Assembly (NCBI GenBank): GCA_965248265.1
Contig: CBDFJF010000001.1
Coordinates: forward strand, 96,001 to 160,000
DNA length: 64,000 bases
Source: Candidatus Latescibacterota bacterium
GTDB lineage: Bacteria; Latescibacterota; UBA2968; UBA8231
Direction: 5' to 3'
The position numbers were made by a program, and so were the translations under genes. The notes under the pieces were generated by a model. That model ran no database searches. It was not told the origin of the DNA and worked only from the letters and a program-made list of their open reading frames with translations. The number at the start of each line of letters is the position of its first letter. The first letter of the stretch is position 1. Below are positions 28,099 through 37,906 of the stretch, piece by piece.

Positions 28099-30168
28099 AT
28101 GGATGCGCCACTTGAGCGCGGCCGCTGGTTCAACCGACTTCTGAACGACCCGGAGTACGCGACACCCAATAGGGACGTTCGCAAAATGGACTCGCTCCTG
28201 GAGCGGATCGACGCCCTTTGTCCCCAGATCGTTCAAATTCCCGAATTGGGTCCCCTGTTCTACAGCGCCCCCTATCCGCCTCCACAGGAAGAACATCACT
28301 ACTCGAAGGAAGAGATTCATGAGCATCTGGAGCGGTGGCGCCGGTGCATTCAACAGATCCACCAGCGTGGTGCCAAGGCGGTAGGGGTCTTCAGCTTCTG
28401 TTACCATTTCGGGGACCTGAATCGCAGGTTGGGTTGGTTCGAATTCTGGGACAAGCTGTGGGATGAGGAACTCCTTGGACCCCAACCGGACGTAGATCCC
28501 ACGACGCTCTTCCAGCGCAGCCAGAACGGCCAGCCGATCGAATTGAACAAGGAGGAAATGCCGGGGAATGTGTATTACGGCTGTCCCAACAACCCGGCCT
28601 GGCAGCAGACCCTGAAGGCGATGCTCAAGGTCGCCATCGACCTGGGGATAGACGGATTCATTGTCGGGTTCAATTTCCGCAACATCTGTCGGTGTCCGTT
28701 TTGTCGGGAGGAGCTGAAACAGTACTTCGGCAAGTACCCTCCTGAAACGCTGCTCGAGAAATTCGGGATCGCGGACCTGGAGGATCCCGCCTGGCTGAAT
28801 TTCACGGCCGACACGTCAAAACCCGGTGATCTCAGCTCCGGATATCCCTACAGGGTACCCCAGAGCCCATCGGAGTGGCTGGGGTTGGAGGCGAGACGAT
28901 GCCAGCATTACTGGGAAAAGACGCGTTTCGATGAAATCTTCATGGATTACGGTCGTTCACTGAAACCGGATCTAATCTTGTGCGAGTGGTTTCACTTCAA
29001 CTTTACGGCGCCCAACGAACGGTCTCTGCTGTCCCGTGATCTGTGGGCCAAGGGAGAGGACTACATCTGGTACTGTCATTTCCGGGGGCCGACCAACCTG
29101 CAAGAGGGCCACGTCGCGGACTCGACGTTAGGCGCGAAATACTGCCGCGCCATGGGCCGGGGAAAACCCTTTTTGGTGAATACCTATGATACCCGCTACC
29201 GCGTGGGCGTGGCCGACCTTGTCGCCAATGGCGGCATTGCGTGTGGGGTCCAGAAACCGCCGGTGCACGAGGACGATATAGAGGGACTGTCAACCTACTT
29301 TCGTTTCTTCCGCGAGCAGGAGCAATACTACCATCCCGCCACTTCGTACGCCGAGGTCGCGCTGGTCTATGCCGATCAGGCAATGCAGCTTGGAAACGCG
29401 CCTCTTCTTCGCACCCTGCAACGCCTGGGACGCCGGTTGATCGATGGTCACGTTCCCTTCGACATGGTGATCGATGCAGATCTCTCGCCCGAGCTCCTGA
29501 AACCATATCGTCTGCTCATCCTGCCCAACGTCAAGTACCTGAGCGCGAGACAGGTCGAACTCATCCGCGCCTTCGTCGAAGGCGGCGGCTTGTTAATTGC
29601 AACGGACGAGACTGCCTGCAGCGACCAGAACGGAACAACGCTTCCCAATTGCATGTTGGAGGAGGTGTATGGTACTCGTGGGAACGGTGAGATCTCGTTG
29701 AGTGAGTTTGGCAAAGGCGCATGTCTCTATGTCCCGGAGGTGCCGCAGGACGAACGGAATCCCGGCGGCGGATGCAAGGATGACATACCTCCGAGGCCGG
29801 CGGCGGATGCCTTTGGTCAGGATTTCCTTCGCCGGCTGCATGAGCTGGCCGAGCCACCGCTTTTGCAGACGACAGCCTCTTGGAAAGTGGCGATCACGCC
29901 CTACATCCAGGAGGCGCAAAGCCGCCTGGTCGTGCACATGGTCAACTATAACCGGGATGAGAGTGCTTCGAATGAGGTCCCGATCCCAGAGCGGGATATC
30001 CGGGTCTCGATCCGTCTTCCAGAGAGCAGCTCCGCTGCCGATGTTCGTCTGCTGTCACCCGACCGCGACGCTGAGGAGTCCCTGCCGTTCGAGCAGGACG
30101 GAATGTATGTCCGGTTCATGATGCCGGAGGTGCTGGCCTACAATCTGGCCGTCGTGGACATGCGATGA
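28099..30168 (+). CDS. GH42/GHL-like TIM-barrel protein with beta-galactosidase trimerisation-like domain
   Basis: CPNNPAWQ, GIDGF, CRCPFC Zn motif, YAEVALVY, HVPFD, LLILPNVKYLS, FVEGGGLLIA, VHMVNY. Confidence 0.65.
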   Translation: MDAPLERGRWFNRLLNDPEYATPNRDVRKMDSLLERIDALCPQIVQIPELGPLFYSAPYPPPQEEHHYSKEEIHEHLERWRRCIQQIHQRGAKAVGVFSFCYHFGDLNRRLGWFEFWDKLWDEELLGPQPDVDPTTLFQRSQNGQPIELNKEEMPGNVYYGCPNNPAWQQTLKAMLKVAIDLGIDGFIVGFNFRNICRCPFCREELKQYFGKYPPETLLEKFGIADLEDPAWLNFTADTSKPGDLSSGYPYRVPQSPSEWLGLEARRCQHYWEKTRFDEIFMDYGRSLKPDLILCEWFHFNFTAPNERSLLSRDLWAKGEDYIWYCHFRGPTNLQEGHVADSTLGAKYCRAMGRGKPFLVNTYDTRYRVGVADLVANGGIACGVQKPPVHEDDIEGLSTYFRFFREQEQYYHPATSYAEVALVYADQAMQLGNAPLLRTLQRLGRRLIDGHVPFDMVIDADLSPELLKPYRLLILPNVKYLSARQVELIRAFVEGGGLLIATDETACSDQNGTTLPNCMLEEVYGTRGNGEISLSEFGKGACLYVPEVPQDERNPGGGCKDDIPPRPAADAFGQDFLRRLHELAEPPLLQTTASWKVAITPYIQEAQSRLVVHMVNYNRDESASNEVPIPERDIRVSIRLPESSSAADVRLLSPDRDAEESLPFEQDGMYVRFMMPEVLAYNLAVVDMR

Positions 30169-32102
30169 GTGCTTTGGCGCCTACTTTGCGCGCCCTCTTC
30201 GTGGGTACGGTGGGAGCTCTGGCCATCGGCGTCGGGGTGCCCTACGGCAACATGGTAATGAGCGGCTCCCGCCTTGCTTCCTATTTCAACACTCCAGCCG
30301 CCATCATCCTGTTCTTTTTCCTCGTCTTGTTTGTCAACTCCGCGTTGGGGCTGATTCGCCGCACCTGGAGGCTGAACCACGCCGAACTGGCCTTGGTCTA
30401 TGTGATGTGGATCGTCGCCACCGCCATCCCCGAAAAGGGATTGGTCTCTTTTCTGCTGCCGGACATCACCAGTGTCATCTACTATGCCACTCCCGAGAAC
30501 AATTGGGACGAAACGCTTCGTCCGTTTATTCCCAACTGGATAATCCCCCACCACGACTTCGTTCGCATCCAGCACTTTTACGAAGGGGCTCCGGCGGGCC
30601 GGGGTGTGCCCTGGATGCTATGGCTGCCGCCCCTGGCCTACTGGGTTTCCTTTGTCCTGGCTCTCTACCTGGCCATGATCTCCATCATGGTCATCCTGCG
30701 CAAACAGTGGATCGAAAACGAACGCCTCTCCTTTCCGCTTGCTCAGCTCCCGGTAGCCATGATCCAGGAGGACGACGGCGGGGAAAGCCTCATCCGGCCT
30801 TTCTTCAAGAGCTGGGTCATGTGGCTCGGTTTCGCCGTCCCTGCCGTCCTCCAGAGCATCAACGGGCTCCATCACTATTTCGCCGCCATTCCACGGGTCG
30901 ACATAGGCACCGTCGTTGGCCTGTTCGGTAACAGCGTACACCTGGAGCTCTACCTGAGTTTTCAGCTCCTCGGTTTCTCCTATTTCATCAAGCCCAGTGT
31001 CGCGATCGCCCTGTGCTTTTTCGGACTTCTCAACATCATCCAACGGGGAGTCTTGCTCATGTTCGGCTTCGGCGCGATGGATCCAGTCCTCGGCGTTTTC
31101 AGCTCCTACTCCAGTCCGATCATCGTCCATCAGGGATTTGGCGCTATGCTGGTGCTGGTGCTTTTCAGTCTCTGGACGGCGCGAGGCCATCTGCGCCAGG
31201 TATTCAGAAAGGCCTTCAAGGGGGACGAATCGGTCGATGACTCGGCAGAGATCCTCTCCTACCGAGCCGCCGTCTTCATGTTCCTGGGCAGCCTGACCCT
31301 GATGGGTGTATGGCTGTGGCAATCGGGGTTGCCTGGTTGGATCGTGCCGATCTACCTCTTCCTCGCCTTCGTCCTCTTCATCGGCATTACCCGGATCGTC
31401 TCAGAAGGCGGATTGGTCTTCGTCTTCGCGCCGATGATCGCCTCCGATTTCGTGGCAGCCAATTTCGGCACCCGCGCGTTGGGAGCTTCCGGAATCATCT
31501 CCCTCGCCTTCACCTACACGTGGGCAAGCGACATTCTCACTTTTGTGATGGCCTCCTGTGCCAACGGGCTCAAAGTGGTGGAAGAAACCGTTCAAAAAGG
31601 GCGGCGACTCATCTTCTGGAGCATGCTGATCGCCATCGTCGTCACCCTTTTCAGCTCCATCTACACCGTCCTTGATCTGGCCTATCGCTACGGCGGCGTC
31701 AATACCGACTGGGCTCATTTCGTCGAGCACGCCAACTATCCCTTTGACAACGCCGCCGAGCGGATGAAGTCTCTCCAGGGGCCCAATTGGGCGAACTGGG
31801 GCTATACCTCCATCGGCGTCATCATCATGACCCTGCTTATGATAGCCCACCAGCGTTTCGCCTGGTGGCCCCTCCACCCCCTGGGTTTTCCCATCAGCGG
31901 AGTGTCCACCTATATCCTGTTCAGCGTCTTCCTGGCCTGGCTGATCAAGACCCTCGTGTTGAAATACGGCGGGCCCGGCCTCTACGTGAAGACGCGCCCC
32001 TTTTTCATCGGCTTGATCCTCGGCCAGTTTGTCTCCGCCGGCTTCTGGTGGGTCATCGACTATTTCACCGGAACCAGCGGCAATCATGTGATGTTTGTGT
32101 AG
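30165..32102 (+). CDS. DUF6785/DUF6784-type polytopic membrane protein (putative OPT-like transporter)
   Basis: About 16 TM segments, ILRKQWIENERLSFPL, WWPLHPLGF, LKYGG...RPFFIGLILG. Confidence 0.75.
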   Translation: MSALAPTLRALFVGTVGALAIGVGVPYGNMVMSGSRLASYFNTPAAIILFFFLVLFVNSALGLIRRTWRLNHAELALVYVMWIVATAIPEKGLVSFLLPDITSVIYYATPENNWDETLRPFIPNWIIPHHDFVRIQHFYEGAPAGRGVPWMLWLPPLAYWVSFVLALYLAMISIMVILRKQWIENERLSFPLAQLPVAMIQEDDGGESLIRPFFKSWVMWLGFAVPAVLQSINGLHHYFAAIPRVDIGTVVGLFGNSVHLELYLSFQLLGFSYFIKPSVAIALCFFGLLNIIQRGVLLMFGFGAMDPVLGVFSSYSSPIIVHQGFGAMLVLVLFSLWTARGHLRQVFRKAFKGDESVDDSAEILSYRAAVFMFLGSLTLMGVWLWQSGLPGWIVPIYLFLAFVLFIGITRIVSEGGLVFVFAPMIASDFVAANFGTRALGASGIISLAFTYTWASDILTFVMASCANGLKVVEETVQKGRRLIFWSMLIAIVVTLFSSIYTVLDLAYRYGGVNTDWAHFVEHANYPFDNAAERMKSLQGPNWANWGYTSIGVIIMTLLMIAHQRFAWWPLHPLGFPISGVSTYILFSVFLAWLIKTLVLKYGGPGLYVKTRPFFIGLILGQFVSAGFWWVIDYFTGTSGNHVMFV

Positions 32103-32113
32103 TTCACGGTTTA

Positions 32114-32275
32114 GTGCCTGTCACGAAAGTAGGCTTGTGAAATGAGGGCGCCGAGTCGCCCGGCCTGCAAGGCGCGCGAGTGAGGCATATCAGTGGGATA
32201 TGCCGATTTGAGCGCAACGCAGCAGGTCGGGATGAATCGGCGGCCGAATACAAGAATACTTTCGTGACAGGGCAC
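32114..32275. mobile_element. MITE-like non-autonomous element (162 bp) with terminal inverted repeats and TTA target duplication
   Basis: Left GTGCCTGTCACGAAAGTAGGCTTGT vs right (rc) GTGCCCTGTCACGAAAGTATTCTTGT; TTA on both sides (32111-32113, 32276-32278); internal hairpin GGCATATC-agtgg-GATATGCC. Confidence 0.75.
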
Positions 32276-32332
32276 TTAGGCTGAGCTTGGCAGCAGATCT
32301 GTCGTGGATACTCTTTCCGCAGGAGGCGTAGG

Positions 32333-34639
32333 ATGCCGAAGGAACTCAAATTACGCAATGCGAAATACGATGTCGTTGCCTATGATCCGGTCACCAAGAT
32401 CGCACGAGTGAACATAGATCTATATCAAGAAGCCATCGACCAGAACAAGCCGCCTTCGGACATTCTGTCCGGATGCAAGGTGATCAACCTGACCAAGCAC
32501 AAGGCGGTGCCGCATCGAGTTTACTATACCAATGATCTGCAGTACGAAATGGAACAGGTATCGTGGCAGCCGGAGGAGGGAAACGAATACCGCATAGAAA
32601 TATCCTCCGGGGAAGACTCAACGGCGAGGATGTTTCCCGCTGTCGGCGCGGGTGAGCCCTTGATGCTCGAAGAGGGCCCCTTGGACCTCGGGGCCTGCCA
32701 TCCGCACCTCACTGTCGCTGACTGGGATGGCGACGGGAGACAAGATCTGCTCGTCGGCATTTCCGGAGAGGCGGGATACATATATTTCCTCAGGAATATG
32801 GCGGACGACGACAACCCGGCATTCCATGCGGGTGTTCGGCTGCGAGCGGATGGGAAAGTCATAAAGGCCGCCGACGAGGAAAGGAAATCTGGCATCACCC
32901 AACCGTGGGCAGGCGATTGGGACGACGACGGCCTTTTGGATTTACTCGTATTGTGCGGGGCGAAAGGCGAGGACTTCGAAAGCAGAATCACGTTCTACAA
33001 GAACGTCGGCAGCACGGGAAACCCACTCCTCAAGGACATGGGTCCGCTCCTGAACGAAAAAGGAGAACCTCTCGTGCTCAGTAGTGGAGCGCCCGGCTTC
33101 TACAACTGTTTCCATCCCACAGACTGGACGCGGAATGGGACGATGGATATTCTGGCCGTGATCCCTGACGAGCAGTTTCACGGCGAGAAGCAACTTGTGC
33201 TTTTCGAGAACGTGGGCACTCGTGCGATCCCGCGATTCTGCCAGAACCCCGTACCGATAACGACCAAAAGCGGCAATGGGATCAGTTTTCGAGGCCTGAT
33301 CGATACATTCCTGCCCGTGGACTGGATCAGGGAGGGCTTCACCGACATAATGCTGGCCACCTGCATGCATCACCGCACGATCTTCCTCTATGAAAATGCA
33401 GCAAAGAGCACGGAGGAACGACCCATTCTCCTGGACAGCGGCCCCAGCCCGAAGTCTGGCAGCTCTGGGTCACCGGCGCCAGAGGAATTCCAGACCGATT
33501 ATCCCGCTCCCGTTCTGAAGTTGCACAACGGCGAAGAAGCCTGTCTGCTCGACGTGTCTCCACAGATATCCTCCATTGAGGTGGTCCGCTGGGGCCCCTC
33601 CTCGAAAAGAGAACTGATCGTCGCCACCAACGAGGGCTACCTGTGTCGCTTCAGGAACCTGTCCGCTTCAGATCAAAAGCCGGTCCTTGACAGGCCTGAG
33701 GCGATCAAGGCCAGGCATCCGGCAATATTCGTGGGTGCATTCGCCGTCCCTGCATGTGCGGATTGGAATAACGACGGCAAACCTGACGTGATCGTGGGTT
33801 GTGAATGGGGTGAGCTGCAATACTTCGAGAACGACGGAACGCTAGAAAATCCCATGTTTATCGCCCGGGGGAAAGTCTGTGCGGACGGCGAGGTCATAAA
33901 ATATCCGGGGTGCTACAGACAGATTCTCGAGAATTTGAACGGCTACAGCTCGCCGATTGCCGTGGACCTGGACAGGGACGGCCTGATTGATCTGGTCGTA
34001 TCGGAGAGCAGGGGGTATTTCAACTTCTACAGAAACATCGGAACGCCGGAGAAGGCGGTCTTCGACCAGGGCAGAAGGCTGTACCTCGACGGGCAGGTGT
34101 TCCACAGTCCCTGGCGCGTCATGCCGGCGTTTTTCAACAATGATGGAGAAGGCTTCACCAACATGATCGCCAAAGAGGCGGACGGCACATTTTACTTTTA
34201 CAGGAACCGTGAAGACGACATCCTCACGTTCACCAAGACTCGTTCACTCACCATGGAGAGCGGACAGGTGCTCACCGACAACATGTATGGCAGAACCAGA
34301 ATCGCCATGGTGGATTGGGATGGAGATGGCGTCTATGATCTAGTTCTGGGCACCCACGGCCACCGGTTGATTGTCGAGGGAGATCGCTACAGGCTGGAGA
34401 CCGTCGGCGGCGGCGGCCAAGGCGCCGGGCTGATTCGTTTTGAGAACACGGGGACCAATGCCGAACCGATCTACAAGCTCCCCCGGGAGATGAAGGTCGG
34501 CAACGATATCCTCAAGCGCGGGGGGGGACATGCTCTGAACCCCAGTTTCACTAACTGGTTTGGCCACGAGAAAAACGATATGCTGCTGGGAACGGAGGAC
34601 GGGCGGGTTTACCTCTACAGGCGCGAACTCCTGTCCTGA
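32333..34639 (+). CDS. FG-GAP/VCBS-repeat beta-propeller protein
   Basis: Repeated DWDGDGRQDLLVG / DWNNDGKPDVIVG / DLDRDGLIDLVV motifs each followed by FxNxGT. Confidence 0.85.
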   Translation: MPKELKLRNAKYDVVAYDPVTKIARVNIDLYQEAIDQNKPPSDILSGCKVINLTKHKAVPHRVYYTNDLQYEMEQVSWQPEEGNEYRIEISSGEDSTARMFPAVGAGEPLMLEEGPLDLGACHPHLTVADWDGDGRQDLLVGISGEAGYIYFLRNMADDDNPAFHAGVRLRADGKVIKAADEERKSGITQPWAGDWDDDGLLDLLVLCGAKGEDFESRITFYKNVGSTGNPLLKDMGPLLNEKGEPLVLSSGAPGFYNCFHPTDWTRNGTMDILAVIPDEQFHGEKQLVLFENVGTRAIPRFCQNPVPITTKSGNGISFRGLIDTFLPVDWIREGFTDIMLATCMHHRTIFLYENAAKSTEERPILLDSGPSPKSGSSGSPAPEEFQTDYPAPVLKLHNGEEACLLDVSPQISSIEVVRWGPSSKRELIVATNEGYLCRFRNLSASDQKPVLDRPEAIKARHPAIFVGAFAVPACADWNNDGKPDVIVGCEWGELQYFENDGTLENPMFIARGKVCADGEVIKYPGCYRQILENLNGYSSPIAVDLDRDGLIDLVVSESRGYFNFYRNIGTPEKAVFDQGRRLYLDGQVFHSPWRVMPAFFNNDGEGFTNMIAKEADGTFYFYRNREDDILTFTKTRSLTMESGQVLTDNMYGRTRIAMVDWDGDGVYDLVLGTHGHRLIVEGDRYRLETVGGGGQGAGLIRFENTGTNAEPIYKLPREMKVGNDILKRGGGHALNPSFTNWFGHEKNDMLLGTEDGRVYLYRRELLS

Positions 34640-34684
34640 TCGAACAACCTGGCGGTGGGGTCGGCGTACGGCACCTTTCGGGAG

Positions 34685-37429
34685 TTATTCTTGACTTCCT
34701 TGTTTCCGTTCATCAAAAAAGCGCCTCACTTCCTTCGCAGACAACTGAGCAAGTAGCGCCTTCCTGTAAGCAACTAGCCGGTGCATGATATTTCGCAAGG
34801 ATTGGGTTGCCGGCAGGAGCTCCAAAGCTACATTCCCCTGCTGGATCGCATCGTCCACTTTCTTCAATTCCGTCGCCGATGTCGCATACCGATCGACTGA
34901 GAAATACCGGCCCAACACTTCCGACCATATCTGGGAGACCCGGCCGTACTGGCCGAACAGGTCGGCGTCTTCCTCCTGGAGATTGACGACAAACCGCCGA
35001 AAGTCGACAGGCCGGAATGGGAGTGCGTCCAACAGGTTATTGTCTCCCAGCTGGCTGTACTGGTGGAAACCGAACGCAGTAAAGAACTCGAGGATCGGCC
35101 GGTCATCGGTGTGCACGGGGACCTCGCCGACATAATCGCGCACGCCGTCCTCATCCAACAGCAGAAAGTGCACGAACTGAAACGGATGCGTGATATTCAC
35201 GTCCTTCAGGTCCGCACTGATACTCGAATTCGCAAACCCCTCCTGCAGGCGGTCGAGGTCGATCTCGAGCGGCTCTGGCGTGGCGACAAAGATGGAAAAG
35301 GTGGTGAAATCGTGATTCATCGTCCACACGCTCGGGTGTTCGAACACATCCGCAAACGTGTGGAGCAGGATCTTGAACTCGGCTTCGCTGAGCTGTACGT
35401 GCGGCGTCCAGGCACAGGCGATCCCCCCGCTGGCCAACCGCGATTTCATGAGCTCGAAATACTCCCGCGTATACAGATTCCCGTTCTGTTTGTATTGCAG
35501 ATTGGTCACGTCCGTCGAGATCACATCGTAGCGTGTGTCGGTTATGTGTAGATGATTGCGCGCGTCATTCAGGATCAACCGGAAGCTGGGTTGCTGCAGG
35601 GCGTTGGTGTTCTCACGAAAAAACAGGGAGGCAGCTTGCACGACCTCGGGCTCGATTTCCGCACAGTCCGTTTCAATCTCGTGCAGCGTCATCGACCGCG
35701 AGGTCCCGCCGCTTCCAAAACCGACGGTCAAGGCCCGTTTGGGTTCTGGATGCAGCAGGAGCGGCAGATGGGCGAGCATTTTTGAATCGATCCGGTTGCT
35801 GAGCGAGGAGGCGGCCACGGCCTGATCGTCAACGTACAGGGTCGTCCAAGAGGACTTGCTGCCGGGCCTTGTAGACTGTTTGGCCATGACCGTTCCCGAA
35901 CGGCCGGCCTTGTACAGCAACAGCGTGGTAGCTCTGCCGGAGTCGCTTCGAGCCGGCACGATCCAGTTCCCATCTCGAAAGACCACATTGCTGTTTTTCA
36001 AGAAGGGATGGCCGTGGACGCCATAGATGGCGGCGCCGACTCCCAGCAAGACGGAACAAGCCACGAAAGCGAACCTTCCGCGAATGGGATCGTCTTTCCC
36101 GGCCAGCAGTGTCAGGCCAGCTAACAGGCAACTGGCGCAGCACAAAAACCCCAGGCTGCCGACGAGGCCCAGCGGTGGAATGAGAAAGAAACCCAGGAGC
36201 ACGACTCCTGACATGGATCCCAGAGTGCCGATAAAGTAGTACCAGCCACTCTGTTCAGCAGTCGACTCCACGCGCGGGATCAACACCTGGCAGAGCGCCG
36301 GATAGGCCAGGCCCATGAACACGGTCGGCAGGAAGATCATCACCAATGAAAAAGACGCTTCAACACTCGTTAACATGGCCGGTGTCAGAGCCTCCTGTTT
36401 TGCCGGCATGTCGATGAATACTCTCTTCATTGCCGGAAACGAGTATACCAGAGGTAACGTGGCAAAGATTGTGAGCGCCGTTCCCAGATTGGAGAGCACG
36501 AATACTGTCAACCCCTTCACCCATCGGGCCAGCAACGGAAACAGCAGAATGCTTCCAGTAGAAAAACCCAGCAGGTACGTTGAGAGGATGAGCGTGAAGG
36601 TGATAAGACTGTTGGTGGTGTAAATGGCGAGGATCCGGAACCAGAGGATTTCGTAACCCAGGGCAAGGGCTCCAGCGAAAAAATAGATAATGACGAGCGT
36701 TTTCGGAGAGGGAAAGGGTTTCATGCCGTTTTGGCTTTCCCGTGTTCCGGATCCGTCGACTTGTACTGCGCTGTCACGCCTCAGCCAGGCGTTGGACAAG
36801 GCGATTAGCACCACCACAGCGTTTACAGAGCCAGCCACATACAGGCTATTTTGCACTCCCAATTCGCGGATCAGCACAAAACCCGTGGCCAGGCAGCCGA
36901 GCACGGCCCCGATCGTGTTGATGCCGTATGCCAGCGCAACCCCGCCTCCGACGTCACGGCCCTGTTCTACCAGGAGTCGGTTCATTGCCGGAATCGTGGC
37001 GCCCATCCCCAGCGTGGCCGGCAGGACGACCATGACGGAAAGGACAAACCGGTAAAACAGGGACAACAGCGGACCGGGCTCACTTCCCTGAAACAAATAC
37101 AGGTAGACATGGTCCATCGCGGCCAGCAAGACGGGTACCGCCAGCGCCCATACGCCTATCAAAAACTCCACCCAGCCGTAAAAGGCGAGGGTGCTTTTGA
37201 TACGTTTCAGCAATCTACCGCCGAAGTAGCTGCCGAATGCGATACCGCAGAAGAATGCAGTCAGAATGGCGGTCGTGGCCGGGGCGCTAGCGCCGAATAC
37301 CAGAATCATCTTTCGTTGCCACAAGGTCTCATAAATGAGAGCGCTGCAACCGGACAGGAAAAACAACGCCACCAGCAATCTGGAAGAGAAAATTTTCTCC
37401 GGATTCCTTTTGGCTTTATCCATGCCCAA
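34685..37429 (-). CDS. Fused MFS/spermidine-synthase-like membrane protein
   Basis: FFLSGCSALIYE, LGMGATIP, YGINTIGA; then AHLPLLLHP, VGFGSGGT, EIEPEV, DARNHL, YDVISTD, NLYTREYF. Confidence 0.88.
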   Translation of the reverse strand: MGMDKAKRNPEKIFSSRLLVALFFLSGCSALIYETLWQRKMILVFGASAPATTAILTAFFCGIAFGSYFGGRLLKRIKSTLAFYGWVEFLIGVWALAVPVLLAAMDHVYLYLFQGSEPGPLLSLFYRFVLSVMVVLPATLGMGATIPAMNRLLVEQGRDVGGGVALAYGINTIGAVLGCLATGFVLIRELGVQNSLYVAGSVNAVVVLIALSNAWLRRDSAVQVDGSGTRESQNGMKPFPSPKTLVIIYFFAGALALGYEILWFRILAIYTTNSLITFTLILSTYLLGFSTGSILLFPLLARWVKGLTVFVLSNLGTALTIFATLPLVYSFPAMKRVFIDMPAKQEALTPAMLTSVEASFSLVMIFLPTVFMGLAYPALCQVLIPRVESTAEQSGWYYFIGTLGSMSGVVLLGFFLIPPLGLVGSLGFLCCASCLLAGLTLLAGKDDPIRGRFAFVACSVLLGVGAAIYGVHGHPFLKNSNVVFRDGNWIVPARSDSGRATTLLLYKAGRSGTVMAKQSTRPGSKSSWTTLYVDDQAVAASSLSNRIDSKMLAHLPLLLHPEPKRALTVGFGSGGTSRSMTLHEIETDCAEIEPEVVQAASLFFRENTNALQQPSFRLILNDARNHLHITDTRYDVISTDVTNLQYKQNGNLYTREYFELMKSRLASGGIACAWTPHVQLSEAEFKILLHTFADVFEHPSVWTMNHDFTTFSIFVATPEPLEIDLDRLQEGFANSSISADLKDVNITHPFQFVHFLLLDEDGVRDYVGEVPVHTDDRPILEFFTAFGFHQYSQLGDNNLLDALPFRPVDFRRFVVNLQEEDADLFGQYGRVSQIWSEVLGRYFSVDRYATSATELKKVDDAIQQGNVALELLPATQSLRNIMHRLVAYRKALLAQLSAKEVRRFFDERKQGSQE

Positions 37430-37906
37430 TCGGACTGATCAATAGACGACGGAGAGAGTGCCGATTTGCGCGTCGTCTGCGGCGGCGTCCAGCGCCAGTC
37501 GGTACACGTAGGTCCCGGGCGGGACGAGCCGTCCGAAGCGGTCCCGGCCGTTCCACCTGAATTCATCCTGTCCGCTTCTGGACAGATTGGGTGGGAGCTC
37601 CCTGATCCGCGTGCCGGCGAGGTCGAAGATCACCAATGATACCGGGCTGTCCGCCGTTACGTCGCGCAGCCCGTACGAAATGATGGCCGTGTCATTGATA
37701 CCATCGCCGTTCGGCGTGAAGGGATTGGGGAACACGCCGATCCCCACCAACAGGTCGCCACCCACGGGGGTTGTCACGCTCAGGGTGTTGCTGGAAAACC
37801 GGTAGGTCGCGTCTCCCGGTTCGACTCGCTGTTTGACCTGGCCCGGATCCGTGCTGTTGGACACCCATCCTCTGAATTCGGTGCCGAAACGCAGCACCGC
37901 AATGTC
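37430..37906 (-). repeat. Copy A of a 477-bp direct repeat (copy B 63393..63869)
   Basis: Ungapped hand alignment at constant offset 25963; about 30-35 substitutions. Confidence 0.9.

Noticed and set aside
32114-32275. Integron attC site or riboswitch
   Set aside because: Lacks RYYYAAC/GTTRRRY boxes and recognisable aptamer motifs; TIRs with a TTA duplication fit a MITE better
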